Assembly (NCBI GenBank): GCA_951406725.2
Contig: OX597827.1
Span: forward strand, 52,266,001-52,330,000
From: Octopus vulgaris
Lineage: Eukaryota
DNA: 64,000 bases
Direction: 5' to 3'
Numbering within the stretch: the first letter of the stretch is position 1; every line of letters starts with the position of its first letter. Shown here in pieces: positions 43,941 through 53,239 of the stretch. The position numbers and the translations under genes are program-made. The notes beneath the pieces are model-generated. The model was not told the origin of the DNA, made no database searches, and worked only from the letters and a program-made list of their open reading frames with translations.

Positions 43941-45800
43941 ATGCAAGATGGAAGTCTTTTGGATCAATCCATTTTCTGTGAAAACCTTTATCACCCAGCA
44001 TCCCTCAGCTTCAGTGATTTGCATGTCCAGCAGGTGTCCACGATGTCTGATAGTGACAGTAGCCAGCAAGTTGAGCACTCCAGCCAACTTGGTGTACTAG
44101 GAGGACTTTGTAATCAAATTCCTCAACACTGTTCCACTACTAATTTATTGAAGTTTGGTGTGCCGCTGGCGGCCTGCACTGACTCAAGTGACTTAATAAG
44201 TAATAATTCAACAGTGAATATAGTTGCCAGTAGCAACAACTGTAACGGAGAAAGCTGCAGTAGCGGACTGGGCACATTGTATTCTGCGAGTTTGGGTAAA
44301 GTTATGGATGGTGTTGGTGGGGTTGTAGTGGTTGGAGACAACGGAACAACAGGGGGCGACAACAGCAGCAACAATACAGTGGGGTCTGGTGTTAACGGTA
44401 GTGAAACAAGCAGCAGTGTGACTGGAACTGCTGCTGTGGCAACAACAGCTGCAATAGTGTGCAGCAACAATATCAGCAGCAGCAACAACAATAATAGTAG
44501 CACCAGTAACAACAGCAGCGGGGCTGGTAACAACTGCAGCAACATTGCAATTCCTAATAACAGTAGCAACAAAAAGAAGCAAGCTCAGATGCCACAGCAG
44601 CAGCAACAACAGCCAGGGACACCGGTTGGCTCTGGGTCAGTATCATCACAGCAGCCCACTACAGTAGCAGATCAGCTTCTCGGGGGTGTGGTTTCATCTC
44701 CATTACACCTTGGTTTGACTACAGATTCTGTTGCTCCAAATCCAGCTGTTGGAGTGACGTCAATGACTGCTGCAGGTGTAGCTGCTTCCTCTTCATCATC
44801 ATACTCATCATCTATTACATCTTCGTCATCTTCACCAGCCTCATCTTCCTCTGCTGCATCAGTAGTGCCAAATTTTTGGTCAACTGCATCAGCTGAAGAT
44901 ACTTTCCTGCAGGGCTTCCAGTCATTAAATGGAACTGTTGCCTTTCAGCAATTTCCCCCTAACCCTAGTACCTTGTTTGGCACAGGGATAACTGCTGCTG
45001 CACACATGAGCAGCCTTGGACACATGGCTGCTCAGCAGCAAGCTACAGCCCCTCAGAGACGAGCGATAACAGCCCATCATAACTTTCAACAGCAGCAGCA
45101 ACAACAGCGACAACAGCAGCAAGCAAATATTTTACTTAACACCTCTAAAACATATCCTGCATGGAGTTCAGCACCTCAGCCATCACTGTGGACCACAGCA
45201 ACTGCAACAGCTCAGCCAGGGGGAGGCAATAACAGTGGGAATAGTCAAAGTGGCGGTGCAAGAACTCCAGGTGGCGGCACTGGTGTTCAAGGGCAAAGTA
45301 CTATTGTCAGTCCTGGGGTGACTATGTCACAGTCACAGGGTGTGTCATTAGCTTCTCAACAAAACCAACATCACCAACAGCAAGCCGCTGCTGGTCTCTC
45401 TCCTTGGGCTAGCATGCCTCAACAGCAGCCAGCAGCACAACAGCATCATCAGCAGCGTCGCTCTGTCCCAAGTATAAACCCTCCTGTGGCTCCAATTAAA
45501 AAACCAACTTTTCAAAGCCAGCCAGGACAACAACAGCAACAGCAGAGTGGTGGTAATCCAGTAGGACCACATGGCACTCATTCTCACCAGGGTGCCTCCC
45601 TTGGACACCAAGGGCCTTTGAACCCTAACCAAGGCCAGTCTCATCCCCAGCTTGGTCAGACTTCTCTCATTTCTCCTTCCAAGTTCCGACGGAGTACATC
45701 GTTCCCAGGTCAGATGCAGCAGCAAGCAGCAGTTGGTGCAAAACCCTCTGTAGAAATTACTAGTGTTGATGACCAGCGGGATGTTTTACTTGCATACTCC
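43941..45800 (+). CDS. CPEB: First coding exon (620 codons) of a CPEB2/3/4-class (Orb2-like) cytoplasmic polyadenylation element-binding protein: low-complexity N-terminal domain
   Basis: Open frame from AAAATG, reading MQDGSLLDQS (compare CPEB3 MQDDLLMDKS from memory). Further CPEB2-4-like blocks: NFWS..EDTFLQG..NGTVAFQQFP, QRR, PAWSS, SPW, RR..PVAPIKK. It ends at a consensus donor TCC|GTAAGT (45801), phase 0. The RRMs are not in the window, so the identity rests on N-terminal motifs. Confidence 0.82.
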
Positions 45801-45882
45801 GTAAGTACATTTCTTTGACATTTGTTTTTATATTTGATATAATTTATCTTTGCTTGTCTTGTCTGAGTTAACTTTTGTAGCA

Positions 45883-45958
<76 letters not shown>

Positions 45959-46317
45959 GCAAATAAGGGCAAATGGAGAGGATAACAAAATGATATACAT
46001 CAGCTTGTAGACATTCCAGTGTGTCTATTTATTCAAAAGTATTAGAAAGTATTAGAAGAGTACATAGACATGTAGTAACTATGTGTTACACACACATGTA
46101 TTAATTAATATTAAAGGAAAGAGTATAAGATCAGTTCCTTACCGTATAAATAAAGGGTAAACCACTTTTTACCCCCATCCATATATGACTCTCAATTGCG
46201 AGATTGCCATGCAATAACCAGCATTTGGGTATGAATAATTAGGTACACGACCAGCAGTATATTGGATAGGTGCTATCCCTTAGTTGGTTGGCTTCCCAAC
46301 CTCTAACTCCCACACAA

Positions 46318-46351
<34 letters not shown>

Positions 46352-46355
<4 letters not shown>

Positions 46356-46520
46356 GTGCAAGTGTGGCTGTGTGGTTAGAAGTTTCTCTCCAACCACGTA
46401 GTTCCGGGATCAGTCAAACTGCAGGGCACTTTGAGCAGGTGTCTTCTATTATAGCCTCATGCTTTGTGAGTAGGTATTGAGAGAGAAACTGAAAGAAGTC
46501 CATTGTGTGTGTGGGTGCAT
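46352..46520 (+). mobile_element. tRNA-SINE 5' half
   Basis: GTGTGGCTGTGTGGTTAGAAG..GGATCAGTC..TTGAGCAGGTGTCTTCTATTATAGCCTC..GAAACTGAAAGAAG. Confidence 0.75.
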
Positions 46521-46544
46521 GCACATGTATTTTAGCCTAAAAGG

Positions 46545-47230
46545 TGTGGCCATGTGCCAAATTGTTACCACCTTTTCAATTGTTATACTTTTGTGATTGT
46601 CTTTTGGTGAAGGAGACAGTTTGATGTTGTTGCCCACTTTTGAGTTTCTTTCTACTATGTAGGTTCATCTGGGACCTTGGACAGCAGGAGGTCAAGTTAT
46701 TTCTTGTAAACATCTATGACTCAGTCCATGTAGTTTCCTCAGATGTTTTGACAAGATATTAAATAGCTATGAAATTTTGAATCCCAAGCTATTGCTGTAT
46801 GTCCTCATACTAGATGAGATGGTTAGGATCTTTGGAGCAGTGTAGTGACATCAGTTTACAAACTGGTATAACTCTCAATGGCAAAGTTTGGTGCCAATTT
46901 CTTTAGGATCTTCTATATGTATATTACTCCATACCTCTTCTGTCTTTGTTCCTGGAAGGAGAGTCATAACTGTTACAGTCTCTCCCAGCACTTCAACTAT
47001 ACCATTGATGCAATCTTATTTGTGTAGCTCCACTGAACGGACATTAGTTCCTCTATTAATTTAACATAGTGGTGTGACAACTGTTGAGAGAAGTAGCTCT
47101 GACAGCAGAATATAATGTCCTTCATAGAACCGGCATATTTCCTGGTCTCTTGTTCTGAAAGTTCTCAGAATCCATCTGCCTATTTGCCTTCATGTTGCCA
47201 CGACTTGGTGATATGTACATGAAATAAGGT
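46545..47230 (-). mobile_element. Old CR1-like LINE 3' fragment
   Basis: Minus-strand similarity to 24050-24620 (GWILRTF..NSLGF..F..LSK..VPDEP). Confidence 0.65.
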
Positions 47231-47244
47231 GTCAATTAGTCAAT

Positions 47245-47343
47245 ATGTGTGTGTGTATATATATCTGTATATGTGTCTATGTATTTATACATGTGTGTGT
47301 CTGTATGTATATATATGTATGTGTGTGTATATATATATATTTA

Positions 47344-47440
<97 letters not shown>

Positions 47441-47645
47441 GTGTATGTGTGTATGTATATATATATATATATGTGTGTGTATATATATGTATATATATAT
47501 GTGTATGTATATATGTGTGTGTGTATATATATATATATATGTGTATATGTGTATGTATATATATATATGTGTCTGTATATATATGTATATATATATGTGT
47601 ATGTATATATGTGTCTGTATATATATGTATATATATATGTGTATG

Positions 47646-47682
<37 letters not shown>

Positions 47683-48009
47683 ATGTATGTATGTATATGT
47701 ATGCATGTATATGTATGCATGTATATGTATGCATATATATGTATGCATATATATGTATGCATGTATATATATGTATGCATGTATATATATGTATGCCTAT
47801 ATATATATATGTATGCCTATATATATATATAAAGTATATATGTATGTATATATATATCTATGTATGTATATATATATCTATGTATGTATGTATATATCTA
47901 TGTATATATATGTGTATATATGTGTGTATATTTGTATATTGTATATGTTTGTATATTGTATATGTTTGTATATTGTTTATATGTGTATATGTGTGTGTAT
48001 CTATATATG

Positions 48010-48046
<37 letters not shown>
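47245..48046. repeat. (TG)n/(TA)n compound microsatellite
   Basis: Direct inspection. Confidence 0.95.
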
Positions 48047-48054
<8 letters not shown>

Positions 48055-48809
48055 ATGAGGGTGTCTAAAAGACACCAACATGCCGAAATAGCAGTCGAAA
48101 CACTGACTATAGTACCACGTTAAATGTTCATATCGCACCATGAGGTAAAGCGGAGGGACAAAACATACAAGCAAAAATTATTGAATAATTCAAGATCCAA
48201 GGATTTCTGGTTCTGCTTTAGATAAGCTTTACCGTCATCAATTGAATATATCAAGGGTACATAAATACAGATATATATATGCACAGCAAACGATATACTT
48301 ACATATACGAGCGTCGTACATACATACATATGCACGTATGGACACAGCCAGCTTGAATCGCCCGCCAAATCACCGCATAAGTACGACATGGTTAAAATAA
48401 GCACCGCAGTGAATATAATAACGAATTATATAAATTTATATATTCACTGCGGTGCTTATTTTAACCATGTCGTACTTATGCGGTGATTTGGCGGGCGATT
48501 CAAGCTGGCTGTGTCCATACGTGCATATGTATGTATGTACGACGCTCGTATATGTAAGTATATCGTTTGCTGTGCATATATATATCTGTATTTATGTACC
48601 CTTGATATATTCAATTGATGACGGTAAAGCTTATCTAAAGCAGAACCAGAAATCCTTGGATCTTGAATTATTCAATAATTTTTGCTTGTATGTTTTGTCC
48701 CTCCGCTTTACCTCATGGTGCGATATGAACATTTAACGTGGTACTATAGTCAGTGTTTCGACTGCTATTTCGGCATGTTGGTGTCTTTTAGACACCCTCA
48801 TTTTTAATT
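48047..48809. repeat. Apparently perfect 371-bp inverted repeat with 21-nt spacer
   Basis: Arms at 48047-48417 and 48439-48809; identical 94-aa ORFs on opposite strands (48120-48404 -, 48452-48736 +). Confidence 0.95.
48609..48668 (+). ncRNA. Type-I hammerhead motif (C3U core); mirror copy at 48188-48247 (-)
   Basis: ATTCAA TTGATGA C GGT-(AAAGCTTATCTAAAGCAGA)-ACC A GAAA TCC-TT-GGA TC TTGAAT: 6-bp stem I, stem III ATCC/GGAT, AUC triplet. Confidence 0.7.
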
Positions 48810-48977
48810 GTTAAAAATTTTTTTACCTTTGTAAGGTATTTCTTTCATGCTGGCCACTTGATAATTTCGACACTTAAATATCGATATTATCCTCATATAT
48901 AAATATATATATATATATATATATGTCTCAACCACTAATCACTAAAGCTTTTTTATACTCTCTATTTTCTCGTGTTC

Positions 48978-49013
48978 CTTTCTGTTGAAGAGTGTAGGCT
49001 CGAAACGTAAAAG
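48978..49013 (+). ncRNA. Minimal hammerhead (A6U family)
   Basis: CTTT CTGTTGA A GAGT-GTAG-GCTC GAAA CG TA AAAG. Confidence 0.7.
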
Positions 49014-50023
49014 ACATTCTCACCTTCTCGAGCATTAAACTAATACATCTGTTTATGCACCTGTCTTCGTATTTTTTTTTTTTTTTTTGAGAATTCCATT
49101 TATATACATTTGTATATATGTATATATATAAATGTCCTGTACATCGGACAAACGGGACGCCGCCTGGCTGACTGGTTCGCGGAACACCTCCGAGACATCC
49201 ACCTCGGCAATGACACTCCAGTCTCACGCCATGTCCGCTCCACCGGTCACTCCTTGCCACACCTGTCTGTCTTCAGATTGTCCTTGCACAGAGGCCATCC
49301 GGACTCCCGCTTGCACCATGGACAGCGGTTAATCTTCTCTCTTCGCTCTTTTACGCCATTTGGGCTCAACTCCCCACCCCTTTTCATCTAACCTCCTCCC
49401 CGACTCCTGCTTCTCTTCACTCCTACATCTTTTCACCCCTACTCTCTTTTCCTTCTATTCTCTTTCCCTCTTCTCCCTTCTCTCTTTCTCTCTGCTCCCT
49501 CCCTCTCATATCCCCTCTCTCCACCTCCCTCCTCATCCTCCCCCCTCTTCTTTCCTCCGCTTTCTTCTCTTCTCGCCCTCCCCCTCTCTTTTCTCCTCTC
49601 TCTCCTCCCCTTCTCTCCTCCTCTCTCACCTCACATACCCACCGACCCCTATCTCCCCCACATACCCCCACCTCTAACCCCACCCTCCACCTACCCACAA
49701 CCCCCAGTCAAACCCACACCCCACCTGTGCTTTTCACACTCTCGCCTCCCCCACCTCCCCACAACATCACACACCTCCCCCACCTCCCCACATCTCCACA
49801 TCCACACACGTCCAGACCACCAGCCCTCTTTCACACGTACATACATGCTCTCTTATACACACACACACCTTTGTGTTGGGGGCTCCTTCATATTGGAAGT
49901 CACTTGACCTTGTTATCTCCCCTACTGTCCCTCTTGCTTCTGACTATTCTGTCCAAAGTCAGACGCCATGATAGATCGTTAGCTACTACACACATTTTTT
50001 CCTCTCGCTGTTTTTTCTGTGTA

Positions 50024-50061
50024 TCTTTCTGTGGAAGAGCGTAGACTTGAAACGTAAAAGA
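50024..50061 (+). ncRNA. Minimal hammerhead (A6U family), weakened stem II
   Basis: TCTTT CTGTGGA A GAGC-GTAG-ACTT GAAA CG TA AAAGA. Confidence 0.65.
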
Positions 50062-50171
50062 CTTTTTCTATTCCTGAGCGCTATACTAATACATTTGTTT
50101 GTTTGTACACCACCTGCCTTCGTCTTTTGTTTATTTTCGTAAACTTTGCCTTTATATATATATATATATTT

Positions 50172-50328
50172 CTACACTCTCGAGTGTTTGGCGTTAGGAA
50201 GGGCATCCAGCCGTAGAAACTCTACCAGATCAAGATTGGAGCCTGGTGCAACCATCTGGTTCACCAGTCTTCAGTCAAATCGTCCAACCCATGCTAGCAT
50301 GGAAAGCGGACGTTAAATGATGATGATG
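50172..50328 (+). mobile_element. RTE 3' tail fragment
   Basis: GGCGTTAGGAAGGGCATCCAGCCGTAGAAAC...CGGACGTTAAATGATGATGATG. Confidence 0.85.
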
Positions 50329-50436
50329 TACATATGTATATATATATGTGTTTGTGTGTGTGTATATATATATGTTTGTGTATATATATATGTGTATATA
50401 TATATGTATATATGTGTGTGTGTGTATATCTATCTA

Positions 50437-50492
<56 letters not shown>

Positions 50493-50504
50493 TACATATA
50501 CATC

Positions 50505-50857
50505 GGAGACGGAGACCCCCTTCAGTCACAAATCACCATGGGATTGCACCTAGAACGTTACACTCCAAGTTACCCACAAATTCGGGCAAGGTTGTTTTCT
50601 TTTATGGAATACCAGCAGTCGAGCATGCATACGAGCCTCCCCTCTCCATGCCACCGGTGTTATCCAAAGGAAAAGCAAAGGGCGATACAACTTGGCACCA
50701 GTGACATCACAACTCATTTCTACAGCTGAGTGAACTAGAGTAACGTGAAACAAAGTGTCTTGCTCAAGAACACAACACGCAGCCCTGTCTGAGATTCAAA
50801 CTCACTACCTCATGGTTGTAAGTTCGTTGCTCTAACCACTGAGCCATGTGCCTTCAC
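50505..50857 (-). mobile_element. tRNA-derived SINE
   Basis: Reverse complement: GGCACATGGCTCAGTGGTTAGAGC..GAGTTTGAATC..GTTCTTGAGCAAGACAC..TTCACTCAGCTGTAGAAATGAGT. Confidence 0.8.
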
Positions 50858-51005
50858 ATACATACATATACATATATACACATATACACATATATACATT
50901 TATATATAACGGGAAGCTTTATGAAAATAAACAAAAGACGAAGGCAGGTGGAATATAAACAAACAATTGTATTAGTATGGCGCTCAGGAATATAAATAAA
51001 ACAAG

Positions 51006-51043
51006 TCTTTTACGTTTCGAGCCTACGCTCTTCAACAGAAAGA
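51006..51043 (-). ncRNA. Minimal hammerhead (A6U family), best-preserved copy, in pLTR-like segment about 50908-51110
   Basis: Reverse complement: TCTTT CTGTTGA A GAGC-GTAG-GCTC GAAA CG TA AAAGA; stems I and II are perfect. Confidence 0.75.
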
Positions 51044-51217
51044 TACACAGAAAAGAAACATGGAGAGAAAAAAAATGCGTGCAGAAGCTAGCGAATCAAC
51101 ATGGCGATCTGCCTTTAACATTTATATATACATGTATATGTGTATATATATGTATTTGTATATGTGTATATATATGTATTTATATATATGTATTTTTTAT
51201 GTATATATATATATATA

Positions 51218-51271
<54 letters not shown>

Positions 51272-51408
51272 TGTATATATATATACATATATGTATATAT
51301 ATACATATATGTATATATATATGTATATATATACATATATGTATATATATATATATATGTATATATATACATATATGTATATATCTATGTATATATATAC
51401 ATATATGT

Positions 51409-51442
<34 letters not shown>

Positions 51443-51457
51443 ATGTATATATATACA

Positions 51458-51705
51458 TATCATCATCATCATCATCATCATCGTTTAACGTCCGTTTTCC
51501 GCGCTAGCACGGGTTGGACGGTTTCGACCGGGGTCTGGGGAGCTCGGGACTGCCCCAGGCTCCAGTCTAGTCTGGCAGTGTTTCTACAGCTGGATGCCCT
51601 TCCTAACGCCAACCACTCCGCGAGTGTAGTGGGTGCTTTTTACGTGCCACCTGCACAGATGCCAGAGGGGTCTGGCATCGGCCACGTTCGGATGGTGCTT
51701 TTTAT
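51458..51705 (-). mobile_element. RTE 3' tail fragment
   Basis: (CAT)n CGTTTAACGTCCG...GGGTGCTTTTTACGTGCCACCTGCAC on the + strand. Confidence 0.85.
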
Positions 51706-51961
51706 GGTGGGGGGGGGTGCAGAAATATAGGGGAGCACCAGTGGGGAGGGGTGGTTCAGAGAAATGATGACAGGTTCTAGGCAAGTAGAACGTAGGATAT
51801 CGAGAGAGGGGTAATGCATGGTGAAATAGCGTATTGAAGAGGGGCGTTCGAAGAGTAGACACCTATAATGGTGGTGGGAGAAGCGACATCCGGTATAGAT
51901 GGAGCAAAATATAGAGATATCCGGTATTGGTGGTGGGGGCGGGAGGGTGGGCGCACCGCGC

Positions 51962-52221
51962 ATTGGGAGATGAGGTTTTAGGCGGCAGAAAGAAGACAGG
52001 ATTGAGATGAAATGCTTTGCGGTGGTGTGAATAAGTTTTTGTGAGTGAAAGTTTTCATGCTTCAGCTAGCATTTGAGACGAAAGACAACGACAACGCTAC
52101 TAGATGCGGACACAATAATAATAAGGCATGCAAAAACAATGAAAAGAGGAAACAGGTCGGGAACTTAGCTGATGTTTTCTTTTTTTATCCTGCGGTAGCG
52201 AGTGAAGGTGAGATATATACC

Positions 52222-52281
<60 letters not shown>

Positions 52282-52583
52282 CAGTGAAAACAGAGGGAGA
52301 AACGACACCACATAGCGAGAGAGAGAATTGGGAGATGAGGTTTTAGGCGGCAGAAAGAAGACAGGATTGAGATGAAATGCTTTGCGGTGGTGTGAATAAG
52401 TTTTTGTGAGTGAAAGTTTTCATGCTTCAGCTAGCATTTGAGACGAAAGACAACGACAACGCTACTAGATGGGGACACAATAATAATAAGGCTTGCAAAA
52501 ACAATGAAAAGAGGAAACAGGTCGGGAACTTAGCTGATGTTTTCTTTTTTCATCCTGCGGTAGCGAGTGAAGGTGAGATATAT

Positions 52584-52628
<45 letters not shown>

Positions 52629-52940
52629 GAGAGAGAGACAGTGAAAACAGAGGGAGAAACGACACCACATAGCGAGAGAGAGAATTGGGAGATGAGGTTT
52701 TAGGCGGCAGAAAGAAGACAGGATTGAGATGAAATGCTTTGCGGTGGTGTGAATAAGTTTTTGTGAGTGAAAGTTTTCATGCTTCAGCTAGCATTTGAGA
52801 CGAAAGACAACGACAACGCTACTAGATGGGGACACAATAATAATAAGGCTTGCAAAAACAATGAAAAGAGGAAACAGGTCGGGAACTTAGCTGATGTTTT
52901 CTTTTTTCATCCTGCGGTAGCGAGTGAAGGTGAGATATAT

Positions 52941-52994
<54 letters not shown>

Positions 52995-53118
52995 TGAAAA
53001 CAGAGGGAGAAACGACACCACATAGCGAGAGAGAGAATTGGGAGATGAGGTTTTAGGCGGCAGAAAGAAGACAGGATTGAGATGAAATGCTTTGCGGTGG
53101 TGTGAATAAGTTTTTGTG
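51962..53118. repeat. About 360-bp tandem repeat, 3.2 copies, each with a variable (GA)n tract
   Basis: Units start at about 51962, 52327, 52684 and 53037; near-identical ORFs at 52045, 52410 and 52767. Confidence 0.92.
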
Positions 53119-53239
53119 GTGAAATATGTATATATATACATATATGTATATATATGTATATGTATATGTATGTATATATATGTATATACATATATGTATA
53201 TATATATATATGTGTGTGTTTTTTGGGGGGGGGGGTTTG

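Larger units (their letters stand above)
48928..50155 (+). mobile_element. Penelope-like element 3' fragment (GIY-YIG C-terminus) bracketed by two hammerhead-bearing pLTR-like repeats
   Basis: ORF 49110-49391: VLYIGQTGRRLADWFAEHLRDI..PVSRH..GHS. A C-rich 3' region follows; related repeats lie at about 48960-49110 and 50010-50155. Confidence 0.85.

Noticed and set aside
44123-45725. Antisense ORFs over the CPEB exon
   Set aside because: Shadow frames of CAG/CAA/AAC-rich codons (poly-Leu); no independent support.
45801-45818. ORF read-through VSTFL-stop
   Set aside because: It follows a consensus GTAAGT donor, so it is intronic.
48120-48736. Two identical 94-aa ORFs on opposite strands
   Set aside because: A consequence of the palindrome; non-ATG start and no recognisable domain.
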